In this document: piece after piece, positions 36,590 to 46,486 of the stretch
How positions within the stretch are numbered: the stretch's first letter is position 1
Layout of the letters: every line of letters begins with the position of its first letter
DNA from: Candidatus Daviesbacteria bacterium
GTDB taxonomy: Bacteria; Patescibacteriota; Microgenomatia; Daviesbacterales; UBA10151
NCBI GenBank assembly: GCA_030648645.1
Contig: JAUSHL010000018.1
Coordinates: forward strand, 2,225 to 66,224
DNA length: 64,000 bases
Direction of reading: 5' to 3'
Program-made: the position numbers and the translations under genes
The notes under the pieces: generated by a model
Seen by the model: the letters and a program-made list of their open reading frames with translations, nothing else
Databases searched by the model: none
Told to the model about the DNA's origin: nothing

Positions 36590-36934
36590 ATGGATACAAT
36601 TCTGTGGTCAATAGTGACATATGAAACACGTAGTAGAGAAAAACCAGTTGATCTTTTTATTAAAAAACAACAACCTCAAGCGAAGTCAAAAATAATCCAT
36701 AATGTCCGACTTCTACGGCAATATGGTAATAGACTTGGCATGCCTCATGCAAAAATATTAGGTGGTGGATTATATGAATTGCGGATCAGAGGAAAAGAAG
36801 AATTACGAATATTATATTGTTTTAACCAGAAAACTATTTATTTATTGCATGCTTTTAAAAAACAAACACAGCAAATACCGCAAAAAGAATTTGAATTAGC
36901 GTTTTCAAGAATGAAGGAGTTGACAAAGATATAA
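36590..36934 (+). CDS. HigB/RelE (Gp49-like) toxin
   Basis: MPHAKILGGGLYELRIR...LLHAFKKQTQ. Confidence 0.88.
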   Translation: MDTILWSIVTYETRSREKPVDLFIKKQQPQAKSKIIHNVRLLRQYGNRLGMPHAKILGGGLYELRIRGKEELRILYCFNQKTIYLLHAFKKQTQQIPQKEFELAFSRMKELTKI

Positions 36935-36955
36935 CATCTATGTTATAAATTAAGC

Positions 36956-37231
36956 ATGAGTAAATGGGATGTTTTAGAAAAAGAATTATTATCTGATAAA
37001 GCAACTAAAAAAGAGTTTGATAAACTCGTTCCTCGCTACGTAGTAATTTCACAACTAATTGAGGCAAGAATAAAAAATAAAATGACACAACTTGATGTAG
37101 CTAATAAAGTTGGTACCAAACAATCCGCAATTGCCCGTTTGGAATCGGGAAGTGTTAATCCCTCTCTGGAATTTTTACAAAGAATTTCCCAAGTAATGGG
37201 TTACAAACTCACAATTCATCTATCAAAATAA
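36956..37231 (+). CDS. XRE-HTH antitoxin (HigA-like)
   Basis: MTQLDVANKVGTKQSAIARLESG; palindrome ATAACATCTATGTTAT (36931-36946) in its promoter. Confidence 0.9.
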   Translation: MSKWDVLEKELLSDKATKKEFDKLVPRYVVISQLIEARIKNKMTQLDVANKVGTKQSAIARLESGSVNPSLEFLQRISQVMGYKLTIHLSK

Positions 37232-37234
37232 TTT

Positions 37235-37996
37235 ATGATATTAGCTTTAATTCTATCTTTGATTGCAGGATTGGCTGATGTTTTGGGGGGATTTTTTTCT
37301 GTTTTTAGAAAAGTTAATCAAAAAACTCTAAATTATTTTATCTCAATTTCTGCAGGTTTTATTTTAGCGGTGACTATTTTAGATTTGTATCCGGAGGTAA
37401 TAAATGAACTGGAAAGTGGGCCATTACTTATTCTTTTAGGTTTTGTGCTAATCTTTATTTTAGAAAACTTTTTTGCAGTTCATGCTCACCATGAAAAAGG
37501 AAATCATGAACATACCCTCATGGGCAAACATTTTGAAGATGATAAAATTCATAGGCATTCTGTTTTGGCAGCCTATTTGGGATTTTTAATTCATACTTTT
37601 TTTGATGGGGCTGCGATTGTTGCCAGACTTTTAATTTCTCCTGGGGCCGGTATTTTAGTTTTTATTGCTGTACTTTCTCATAAAATTCCGGAAGGATTTT
37701 CCATGGCTTCTATTTTTCAATCAGGGGGATTAACAAGAAAAACAGCTTTTTTAGGAGCTTCTTCTTTGGGTTTGGCCACAGTGGTGGGGGGAATGGTAGT
37801 TTTTTTATCAGGCCAATCTGAATTTAGTTTAATATTTTTGGCCCTTGCTACAGGAACTTTTACCTATATTACTACTTCAGAATTAGTTCCATATATTTCC
37901 GGTACTAAAGACAGAAAAGGAATTTTATTTTTTCTATTAGGGGTTTTGCTTTTTTACTTTTCCTCTTTGCTTTTGAATAGTTTGGGGTTAAAATAA
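37235..37996 (+). CDS. ZIP family metal transporter
   Basis: IHTFFDG, HKIPEG, His-rich loop. Confidence 0.92.
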   Translation: MILALILSLIAGLADVLGGFFSVFRKVNQKTLNYFISISAGFILAVTILDLYPEVINELESGPLLILLGFVLIFILENFFAVHAHHEKGNHEHTLMGKHFEDDKIHRHSVLAAYLGFLIHTFFDGAAIVARLLISPGAGILVFIAVLSHKIPEGFSMASIFQSGGLTRKTAFLGASSLGLATVVGGMVVFLSGQSEFSLIFLALATGTFTYITTSELVPYISGTKDRKGILFFLLGVLLFYFSSLLLNSLGLK

Positions 37997-38000
37997 ACCA

Positions 38001-38204
38001 ATGTCACAACCGAAAATTACCATTAACAGAAAAACCTGTATTTCCTGTGGCACTTGTGTGGCAATTGCTCCAAAAACTTTTGAATTGGATGATAAAATGA
38101 TTGCTGTAGTAAAAAGCGGTCTTTTAGATAATATAAAAACTATTCAGGATGCGGCTAGCAGTTGTGCAGTTTCTGCTATTACTGTGGAAATAATTAAAGA
38201 TTGA
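38001..38204 (+). CDS. Ferredoxin
   Basis: CISCGTC...CAVSAI. Confidence 0.88.
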   Translation: MSQPKITINRKTCISCGTCVAIAPKTFELDDKMIAVVKSGLLDNIKTIQDAASSCAVSAITVEIIKD

Positions 38205-39144
38205 TTTCCGGTAAAGCTAAATTTAAGTTTTCTTCAGCAATTTTTATTTCTTTTATTCTTGTCTTTTTTTGTTGAAACCAAGTTATTGCTTCAACAATTT
38301 TTTCTTCCGGCAATGATGCTCCGGCAGTTAATCCTACACAATTTATATCGGATAGCAATTGTGGATCCAAATCAGTTATTTGATCTAAAAGATAAGCTTT
38401 GGCACCCATTTTTTCTGCCACACTTTTTAATCTATTGGAATTAGAACTGTTAGGAGAACCTAAAACTATAATAACTTCAGCTCCCAATTTTACTAACTTT
38501 TTAACTCCATTTTGTCTGTTTTGAGTAGCCTTACAAATATCATCTTGAGGCGGTTCTTCAATTTGAGGAAATCTTTTTTTCAATTCTTTTTTCAAATTTT
38601 GAGTTTCATCAAAAGATAAAGTTGTTTGAGTAACTAAACTCAATCTTTGTTTTTTAGAAAAACTTAAATCTTCAATTTCTTCTAAATTTTGAATGACAGA
38701 TATATTATTAGGAGCTTCGCCAACAGTCCCCACAGCTTCATCGTGATTTTTCTGACCTAGATAAATAATGTGATAATTATTTTTGGCGAAATTTTTAACT
38801 TCCAAATGGGTTTTAGAAACAAAAGGACAAGTAGCATCGATAGTTTGAAGGTGGAGATTGGAAGCTTGAAGTTTGATAGCAGGAGAAATACCATGAGAGC
38901 TAAAAATTAAGATTGATCCCTTGGGAACTGCATTTAAATTATCAACGAATATTACTCCCTTTTTTTCAAAACGGGAAACAACAGTTAGATTATGAACAAT
39001 TTGGTGGTAGCAATAAATTTCTTTTCCTTGATTTTTTTGACAAACCAAATCAATTAAATCTATGGCTCTTTTCACTCCGGCACAAAAACCTCTGGGGGAG
39101 GCAAGTAAAATTTTTTTGGGAAATTTATTTTCCTTTTTTACCAT
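38194..39144 (-). CDS. ispH: HMBPP reductase
   Basis: PRGFCAGV, IVHN, DATCPFV, ICKATQNRQ, SSNS, TAGAS. Confidence 0.96.
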   Translation of the reverse strand: MVKKENKFPKKILLASPRGFCAGVKRAIDLIDLVCQKNQGKEIYCYHQIVHNLTVVSRFEKKGVIFVDNLNAVPKGSILIFSSHGISPAIKLQASNLHLQTIDATCPFVSKTHLEVKNFAKNNYHIIYLGQKNHDEAVGTVGEAPNNISVIQNLEEIEDLSFSKKQRLSLVTQTTLSFDETQNLKKELKKRFPQIEEPPQDDICKATQNRQNGVKKLVKLGAEVIIVLGSPNSSNSNRLKSVAEKMGAKAYLLDQITDLDPQLLSDINCVGLTAGASLPEEKIVEAITWFQQKKTRIKEIKIAEENLNLALPEINL

Positions 39145-40304
39145 TTTCCGTCATCTTTAATTATTCTCTTTAATGTTGCTATCGCCTGATTTTGTAGGAC
39201 ATTTGATTTAACTAAAGTCTGACCGCGGAAAATTGCTACAGTGTTTTCTCCCTGACCCATCATGCCATAATCAGCGTCTGCCATTTCTCCCGGGCCATTG
39301 ACGATACAACCCATAACAGCAATAGATAAATTTTTTAAGTGAGAAAATTCTTTTTCAATTTTTGCTAACATTGGTGGTAGATCGAATCTGGTTCGCCCAC
39401 AAGTTGGACAACCAATTAATTCTAATTTGGTTTTGCGTAATCTTAAAGCTTGTAATAAATCATAGCAGACAGGTAATTCGTTAATTGGATCTTCTGATAG
39501 GGAAACGCGGATGGTGTCTCCTATTCCTTCTGCCAACAATGTACCGATTCCCAATACTCCCTTGATCCGGCCCATTTGTCCTGCTCCTGCTTCGGTTACA
39601 CCCAAATGCAGAGGGTAATTCATTTTCTCTTCAATCATTCGTTTGACCAGTAATCTATTTGCTTCAATCATAACCATGACATTACTTGCCTTTAAGGAAA
39701 TAACAAGTTCTTTGAAGTGATTTTTTTCGCAAATTTTCAAATATTCTATGGCAGATTCAACCATACCTTTCGGAGTGTCACCATACATTACAGTTAATCT
39801 TTCAGATAAACTACCATGATTTACTCCGATTCTCATTACTGTGCCATTTTTTTTACAGGCATCCAATACCGGAATGAGGGCTTTTTCAATTTCGATGAGT
39901 TCTGCTGTGATTTCTTTTTTACTGTATTCTAATTTTCCACTGGCTTTTTTAAAAACAAACAGTCCGGGATTAATACGGATCTTATCTAATACCATAGCTG
40001 TTTTTACGGCTATATCACTGCCAAAATGATGAATATCTGCAACTAATGGAACATCCCGATATTTCTTCTTCAGAAGTTTTTTAATTTCTATAACATGTTC
40101 GGCGTCTTTGAGTGAGGGAACTGTGACCCTCACAAGTTCTGCGCCGGCTTTATGTAATTTAATTATTTCTTTGACTACTTCCGGTACATTTTCTGTATGA
40201 GTAGTACACATGGTTTGGACAACAATTGGATTATCTCCTCCAATAATAATATTGCCAACTTTTACAGGCCTAGTTTTAAAACGAGGGCAATGAGTTTGAA
40301 TCAT
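39138..40304 (-). CDS. ispG: HMBPP synthase
   Basis: VADIH, RINPG, RIGVNHGSL, HLGVTEAG, CPTCGR, MGCIVNGPGE; start reassigned to MIQTHCPR. Confidence 0.96.
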   Translation of the reverse strand: MIQTHCPRFKTRPVKVGNIIIGGDNPIVVQTMCTTHTENVPEVVKEIIKLHKAGAELVRVTVPSLKDAEHVIEIKKLLKKKYRDVPLVADIHHFGSDIAVKTAMVLDKIRINPGLFVFKKASGKLEYSKKEITAELIEIEKALIPVLDACKKNGTVMRIGVNHGSLSERLTVMYGDTPKGMVESAIEYLKICEKNHFKELVISLKASNVMVMIEANRLLVKRMIEEKMNYPLHLGVTEAGAGQMGRIKGVLGIGTLLAEGIGDTIRVSLSEDPINELPVCYDLLQALRLRKTKLELIGCPTCGRTRFDLPPMLAKIEKEFSHLKNLSIAVMGCIVNGPGEMADADYGMMGQGENTVAIFRGQTLVKSNVLQNQAIATLKRIIKDDGKW

Positions 40305-40355
40305 GGCTCTAATTCTAACACTTGATTCAAAAAAATAGAAGTTTAAAATAAGATC

Positions 40356-40883
40356 ATGGATAAACAAATAATTTTGGTCTGTGATGATCAAGGGAAATTT
40401 AGTGGGGAATATATTTCCAAAGAAATAGGTCATAAAGGAAAAGGTAAAAGACATTTGGCAATTACTGTTTTGTTAGAAAATTCTAAAGGGGAAGTACTAC
40501 TTCAAAAAAGAAAACATAAAATCTTTGATGATATTTGGGATCTGACAGGTGCTACTCATCCACTTCATCTTGCAGATCATGATGAAAGTTTTATAGAGGC
40601 AACTTTAAGATGTTTAAAAAGGGAATATGGGTTGGAGATTGGGGAAGTTAGGGAGGTAAGGGTAGTAGGAGAATTTAACTACTTTGCCCAATATAAAAAT
40701 GGACTTTGCGAAAATGAACACTGTGCAATGTTAGTTGGAAAATATGATGGAGTGTTGAAGTTAAATCCGGAGGTAGGTTATAGCTATAAATGGATGGACA
40801 AAAAAGAATTTTTAAAAGATATTAAAGAGAACCCTACTAACTATTCCCCCTGGGCAGTTGAGGGTGTAAAAATTCTGACTTAA
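40356..40883 (+). CDS. idi: Type 1 isopentenyl-diphosphate isomerase (NUDIX fold)
   Basis: HLAITV, LLQKR, ATHP, CENEHC, YSPW. Confidence 0.8.
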   Translation: MDKQIILVCDDQGKFSGEYISKEIGHKGKGKRHLAITVLLENSKGEVLLQKRKHKIFDDIWDLTGATHPLHLADHDESFIEATLRCLKREYGLEIGEVREVRVVGEFNYFAQYKNGLCENEHCAMLVGKYDGVLKLNPEVGYSYKWMDKKEFLKDIKENPTNYSPWAVEGVKILT

Positions 40884-41553
40884 CACATTTTCTTTCTAAT
40901 TCTTTATCTAAAAAATTAATTGTATTCAAAGGAGATATTATTGTGGGGGATATATCAATAAGATTTTTAAAACATTGAGGATCTATTTCAGTAAGAGGAT
41001 AGTTGCCAATTTTATTTATAAAAAAACTAATATTTTTACTGTTATGTTCTCCCCAACTATATTTAAATCCTTGATTCTTTATTATTTGCCCAAAATTAGT
41101 TAAGAAAGCCTGACCTATGCCTTGTTTCTGGATGAAAGGAGCCTGAATATAATTAATTATATTAACTCCATAAGGTAATGATTCGTGGGCTATCAATAGA
41201 GCTAATAAATTATCTTTTTCTGTTAAAGTTCCTTCTTTAATTGCTTTTCGTCTATGTAAATTTAAAATTCTATTCCAATTATGTAGATTACCATTACTAA
41301 TATCATCTGTTTCTTGCATTATTCTTGGCTCATGCAATCCATCTTTTTTATAAATTCCTATACGTAAAGAAGGCACATATTCATCGTCCATTCGCCCTAT
41401 CCAAAACTCAGGTAAAGTAGTTGCTCTGATTTGTGTAGGGTCGGCAACAAGTTCCAATAGACGAGCAGGAATTAATACAGAGGGATCTCTGTATATTAAA
41501 GATAGAGGCTGAACGGCACATTCTTTATTGAACATATTCAAATAATAGCCCAT
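40837..41553 (-). CDS. Hypothetical protein with GNAT-like motif
   Basis: QKQGIGQAFL acetyl-CoA-binding-like motif. Confidence 0.5.
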   Translation of the reverse strand: MGYYLNMFNKECAVQPLSLIYRDPSVLIPARLLELVADPTQIRATTLPEFWIGRMDDEYVPSLRIGIYKKDGLHEPRIMQETDDISNGNLHNWNRILNLHRRKAIKEGTLTEKDNLLALLIAHESLPYGVNIINYIQAPFIQKQGIGQAFLTNFGQIIKNQGFKYSWGEHNSKNISFFINKIGNYPLTEIDPQCFKNLIDISPTIISPLNTINFLDKELERKCVKSEFLHPQLPRGNS

Positions 41554-41604
41554 AGATTACCATAGACGATTTAAAAAAACAAATGATGTTATACAGCAAG
41601 TATA

Positions 41605-41669
41605 TTGACAAGAGATGATGGATATGATTAAAATGGCGTAATGGCGCCATCAATGCGCCATGGCGTAAT
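41605..41669 (+). promoter_or_regulatory. Promoter followed by a repeated ATGGCG/CGCCAT operator-like array
   Basis: TTGACA-N18-TAAAAT then ATGGCGTAATGGCGCCATCAATGCGCCATGGCGTAAT. Confidence 0.65.
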
Positions 41670-41681
41670 AAAACATCTAAC

Positions 41682-43433
41682 ATGGAAAAATTATATACAT
41701 CTACTTTCAAACCCTCTGTATTTGCTACCGACATCTTAAAAAAAGGAAAAATAATACAGTATGCTGAGACCCCGCAAGATGCTATTGAAAGAGTGGTTAA
41801 TGATCTAAGTAGTGCCGAATATAAATTTGGAGCTACAAGGAGAGAAATGATAAATTTTGCTAATCAGCTAGGAAATTATATGGATGAAAAAAAAATAGCT
41901 CTAAACACCTCTATTTTAACAAATGCGGGCAGAGAGCATAATAGACCTCTTTCTGCATGTTCCGTTCCAGTCGTCGATCTTAGAGGAGATTTGAATAAGG
42001 TAAAAATTACTGTTGATACATACCATAAAGAAGGAATGGGAACGGGTTTTAATTTTAGTAATGTTGATGATCCAGTCAGAATATTAAATTTTTTAAATGA
42101 TTTAGCTATTTCTGGTCTGGAAGAAGGTAAAGAAGATCGTTCAGTAGGTAATATTGGTATTTGTCGAATAGATCATCCGGGTATTATGGAATTTATAGCC
42201 ATTAAAACTCAACAACCAGATAAGAAATGGATGTTTAATATTTCGGTTGACATTCCAAATGCTTTTTGGCATGCTTTGCAATCTGATAGTTTATGGAAGT
42301 TAAAAAATAATAATCAAATACTAGCTAGAACAGTATTCGATCAAATTATTTCATCAGTACATGCTTCTGGTGATCCAGGTGTCATATTTCTAGATAGATT
42401 AAATGAGGATAACCCAACTCCTGGAATAGGAGAATATATATCTACAGCACCATGTGCTGAGATGGGGTTAGTTGCAGGGGAAACTTGTCAATTTGGGTAT
42501 ATTAATTTAGCAAAATTCGTTAAATTAAAAGGAATATCCAAACAAATTAATTATCAGGATTTAGAGCAGGCATCTTTTTTATTAGTGAGGGCTTTAGATA
42601 ATGCCTTAGAACTAAGTCTTGAAAGATTTTCCATACCAACTAGCAAATTAATTAATAAAGCAAGAAGAAAAATTGGAGTTGGTGTGTGTGGTTTCGCAGA
42701 TTTACTAATAGATTTAGAACTTTCGTATGATTCTATAGAAGCCAGAAAATTAGCTAAAAACATATTCTCTTTTATCAATTTTCAAACTAAAATAGCTTCG
42801 TTCGATTTAGCGAAACGAAGAGGTTCTTTTGAAGCAATGGATTTAAGTATCAGTTGTCGATATCTGGAAAATCCAGGTTTTATTGAAAAAAAATATGGTA
42901 GTTTAGATACTGATACTATTTCAGCAAAAGAATGGAATATTCTTGCAGATCAGATTCGTACGACAAGATTATTAAGAAATTGCTCTACAATTGCTTTGCC
43001 ACCTACAGGTAGAAGTAGCTTAATTGTGGATGCTTCTGCTAGTATTGAACCTCTTTTTGATTTACGAGAAAATACATCTTCTTATTTAGGATTAATAAGA
43101 AGACTTCAGGATATAAACATAGATAGTCCAGCGAATAGAATACTGTTATCTTCAACTGGAAGTGGTCAATTTATTAATATGCCAGACGAAATGAAATCTA
43201 TATATAAAACAGCAACAGAAATAGATATTTATGGACACTTATCCATGGTGTCTGCTATACAATCATGTGTTGATGAATCAATTTCTAAAACCATTAATAT
43301 TTCTGCAAAAGAAGGACCAGACAAGATAGGTGAAATATATTTATTAGCTCATCAAGCAGGATTGAAAGGAATTACGGTATATAGAAATGAAAGCAATAAA
43401 AATCAACCGAAACAATTAGTAAAGGATAAATGA
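41682..43433 (+). CDS. Class II (B12-dependent)-like ribonucleotide reductase, atypical
   Basis: LSAC, FNISV, GDPGVIFLD, TAPCAE, RKIGVG, PPTG, SISKTIN, GLKGITVYR. Confidence 0.85.
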   Translation: MEKLYTSTFKPSVFATDILKKGKIIQYAETPQDAIERVVNDLSSAEYKFGATRREMINFANQLGNYMDEKKIALNTSILTNAGREHNRPLSACSVPVVDLRGDLNKVKITVDTYHKEGMGTGFNFSNVDDPVRILNFLNDLAISGLEEGKEDRSVGNIGICRIDHPGIMEFIAIKTQQPDKKWMFNISVDIPNAFWHALQSDSLWKLKNNNQILARTVFDQIISSVHASGDPGVIFLDRLNEDNPTPGIGEYISTAPCAEMGLVAGETCQFGYINLAKFVKLKGISKQINYQDLEQASFLLVRALDNALELSLERFSIPTSKLINKARRKIGVGVCGFADLLIDLELSYDSIEARKLAKNIFSFINFQTKIASFDLAKRRGSFEAMDLSISCRYLENPGFIEKKYGSLDTDTISAKEWNILADQIRTTRLLRNCSTIALPPTGRSSLIVDASASIEPLFDLRENTSSYLGLIRRLQDINIDSPANRILLSSTGSGQFINMPDEMKSIYKTATEIDIYGHLSMVSAIQSCVDESISKTINISAKEGPDKIGEIYLLAHQAGLKGITVYRNESNKNQPKQLVKDK

Positions 43434-44074
43434 GTAAAGAATGTAAAGAAATTTTATGCTTTGTAGGTCCTTCTGGAGCAGGAAAGGATACAATTGTGAA
43501 TAAAATAAGGTATTTAATGGATGTTTCATATTATTCACTTTCAAACAAAATTAGAGAACAAGCATCTCTCTTGGGGTTAGAAAATCTTAGACGTGATGAA
43601 TTACAAATATTTGCTAATAAATTACGAGAACAACATGGAAATGGTATTTTTGCCAGCTTGTCCAAGAAAAATATTATAGAAGATCCTAATAAAATTATCA
43701 TAGTAAATGGCGTAAGACATCCGAGCGAAATAAACTTATTACGAGAAATAGAGTATACTTGTTTGCGAGTAATAGGTGTAACTGCTTCATCTGAAGTGAG
43801 ATTTAAGCGTGTAGTAGAGAGGGGAAGACAATCTGATCCCAAAACATGGGAATCTTTTATGGAGTGCGATAGGAGAGAGAATGGTATCCCAGGAGAGATG
43901 ATTGGGCAACAAAACGATCAATGTTTAAAAATAGCAGATATCATAATTGACAATAATGGATCAGTCGAAGAACTGGACTATTTAGTCGAAAGACTTTATT
44001 CGAGATTAACAGCTATATGTTTCGAAAAGTGTAGTAAAAATGTTTTTTACAATAAAAGAGGAGCAGGGTTGTGA
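43430..44074 (+). CDS. P-loop nucleotide monophosphate kinase-like protein
   Basis: GPSGAGKDT, NGVRHPSEI, ADIIIDNNGS. Confidence 0.8.
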   Translation: MSKECKEILCFVGPSGAGKDTIVNKIRYLMDVSYYSLSNKIREQASLLGLENLRRDELQIFANKLREQHGNGIFASLSKKNIIEDPNKIIIVNGVRHPSEINLLREIEYTCLRVIGVTASSEVRFKRVVERGRQSDPKTWESFMECDRRENGIPGEMIGQQNDQCLKIADIIIDNNGSVEELDYLVERLYSRLTAICFEKCSKNVFYNKRGAGL

Positions 44075-44163
44075 GATTTTTTTGTTAAATATGATAATTC
44101 TGAGGAAGAATTTGTAATTTTTTTTAATAGTTGTATAATCGAAGAAATTTTGTTTTATTAAAA

Positions 44164-45234
44164 ATGTCAAAACATGAGATGAAAGAATCCAATCCTATAG
44201 AATTGAAGCCTTTTTTCGTAACAGAGGTACTGTTGAGTGAGCTTAACGAAAGGTTAATAAAAGTAAGGTCTCAAATAAATAATTATTTTCCAGAGGAATA
44301 TAAACAAGCAGCTCATAGTGATTGGAGAGAAAATAGTCCTAAAGATGCGTTAGATCATGCATGGTCTTTAACAAAAGCAGAGCTGATAAATCTTGAAGAT
44401 AGAATAAGTAGAGCTTTCGTTGTCGATAATTTAGAAGGTGATTTTAAGAAAGTAAAGCCTGGTGTTGAAGTTATGGTAACTGATATGAATGGTAATCAAG
44501 ATAGTTTTGTACTTTTGAGTGTTACTAATTTAAAGGAAAAATATCTTTCCATAGAATCTCCGTTAGGAAAATCTTTGGTAGGAAAAATGAAGAACGAGAC
44601 TGTAAGGATAATAGGAGCTGATGGTAAAGAACAATCTTTTACTATTGATGGAATCAGAAAACCTAATTTTAAACAATCTTTACATAAAAAAGATGATTCT
44701 TTGGAGAGACAAGTTATAATAAGCGCACCTAAGTTACTAGATAAAAATAGTTCGACAGTAGGGCAACGGAGAAGTTCAAGAATAGATGCTATTAAAGATA
44801 AATCTTTAGAATTTAAATTAATTCAAAATGGGTTATCTGGAGTATCCCCAAAAAATAGTTTATCAGAAAAAACAAAAGCTAAAGACGAAAAACCGTTAGA
44901 AGCTATGGTTCATAGAGCGATAACTATGTTTGATGAAGTTGTTGCTAAATTAGAAAAACAAAATATTCCTTTCGAAAGAGAAGAAAAGAAACGAACATTT
45001 CTTACGGGAGGAGGAAGTCAGATTGAAGAAATTATCGAGTTTACTATAGCTGGTTCTAGATTAAGACTTCAAAAAATTAGTAGACCTAAAATTATTTCGG
45101 TGTCACAGTATTATACAAAGCGTTCTGGTTCTGATCAAACTAATATTATTTATTCAAAAACTGAAAATGATGTTTTACTTAAATATTTTAAATTGATTAG
45201 TGGTCGATGGGTAGAAGTTGATTATAGAATTTAA
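44164..45234 (+). CDS. GreA/GreB-like domain with unknown C-terminal domain
   Basis: DWRENS, LSIESPLGKSLVGK. Confidence 0.75.
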   Translation: MSKHEMKESNPIELKPFFVTEVLLSELNERLIKVRSQINNYFPEEYKQAAHSDWRENSPKDALDHAWSLTKAELINLEDRISRAFVVDNLEGDFKKVKPGVEVMVTDMNGNQDSFVLLSVTNLKEKYLSIESPLGKSLVGKMKNETVRIIGADGKEQSFTIDGIRKPNFKQSLHKKDDSLERQVIISAPKLLDKNSSTVGQRRSSRIDAIKDKSLEFKLIQNGLSGVSPKNSLSEKTKAKDEKPLEAMVHRAITMFDEVVAKLEKQNIPFEREEKKRTFLTGGGSQIEEIIEFTIAGSRLRLQKISRPKIISVSQYYTKRSGSDQTNIIYSKTENDVLLKYFKLISGRWVEVDYRI

Positions 45235-45236
45235 CT

Positions 45237-45878
45237 ATGAAAAAAATCGGAAATAAAACTATTGAGGTTGAAATTAGAGCATTAGTTAATGATGCTAAGA
45301 GTGCAAAATTATGTATCGGTAGGTCAGGAGCTAAATTTATTAGAAAAATATATGTCCATGATATATATTTCTGTAATAAAAATTATTTTCAATTTGCAGA
45401 TGTAGAAATGAATAGTGTCGGTAGTTATAGTCTTAGATTAAGGTGTTCCAGAGAAAATCAAAAACAATCATTAAGTTTAAATACGAAAATAATTACAAAA
45501 GAAAGTGATCACAATGCATGGGAGGAGCATGAATCAGAGGTAAGTAATTTTAGTGAAGTATTTGAGATGCTTTGTTTTACTGAATTTAAACCATTCTTTG
45601 AATTGAAAAAATGGCGTTTAGAATATAAATTTAATAATTTAAATATTTTTATTGAGGAAATAGAAGATTTCGGAAGTGGTATAGAAGTGGAAATAATGAC
45701 TATACCAGGTTGTGAAGAGAAGGCTAAAAAACAAATAATGGAATTCTTAAATTCAATTGGTATTTCCTCTAAAGATATAGTTCCTAAAAGTGTAACAAAT
45801 ATTATTATGAGGAAACGTGCTTTTAAAAATGAAATTATAATTGATAAAAATTTAGATATCCCAGTAGACGCATTATGA
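45237..45878 (+). CDS. CYTH (triphosphate tunnel) enzyme
   Basis: IEVEIRA, DIYF, LRLR, IEVEI. Confidence 0.85.
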   Translation: MKKIGNKTIEVEIRALVNDAKSAKLCIGRSGAKFIRKIYVHDIYFCNKNYFQFADVEMNSVGSYSLRLRCSRENQKQSLSLNTKIITKESDHNAWEEHESEVSNFSEVFEMLCFTEFKPFFELKKWRLEYKFNNLNIFIEEIEDFGSGIEVEIMTIPGCEEKAKKQIMEFLNSIGISSKDIVPKSVTNIIMRKRAFKNEIIIDKNLDIPVDAL

Positions 45879-46477
45879 TTATTTATTTTGCAGCTTCAAC
45901 ATCTGAAATCTCTCAACATAAAGATAATTATAAATTAATTGAGAAGACCATACATTCACTTAAGTTAGATTTAATTGAAAATTGGTTCATAGCTAAGTTG
46001 TATGGAAAAAATTTATACAAGAACCCAGAATATGCAATAAGAGAAGAAATTAAACTTGTTAGTAAAGCTGATTTTGTAATTGCTGAAGTAGGAGTTCCTA
46101 GTTTTGGAGTGGGTGTTGCTATACAACAAGCTTTAAATCAAAAGAAGCCAGTGCTTTGCCTCTATCCAAATAGTATGGATCGTTCTCAAGTTTCTGATGT
46201 ATTTTTAGGTTTTTATTTTAATTTATTAAAACTGGAATTTTACGATAAATATAATCTAAAAGAAATTATTAGTTCCAATTTAGAAATTGGGAATGACAAA
46301 GCTTTATCAAAGTTTAATTTCTTAGTTTCAAAAGATATAATTGAATATTTAGATTGGGTAACAGAAAAAACAAAACGTTCAAAATCAGATTTTTTACGAG
46401 AAGAAATTATCAGAAAAATTATTAATAACGACCAAGAATACTTACATGTCAAACAGAATAAGAGAAAAAAGGTATAA
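45875..46477 (+). CDS. Nucleoside 2-deoxyribosyltransferase-like domain fused to RHH
   Basis: IYFAAS, ADFVIAEVGVPSFGVG, KKPVLCLY; C-terminal KFNFLVS...SKSDFLRE. Confidence 0.75.
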   Translation: MIIYFAASTSEISQHKDNYKLIEKTIHSLKLDLIENWFIAKLYGKNLYKNPEYAIREEIKLVSKADFVIAEVGVPSFGVGVAIQQALNQKKPVLCLYPNSMDRSQVSDVFLGFYFNLLKLEFYDKYNLKEIISSNLEIGNDKALSKFNFLVSKDIIEYLDWVTEKTKRSKSDFLREEIIRKIINNDQEYLHVKQNKRKKV

Positions 46478-46486
46478 TTGACTTAT

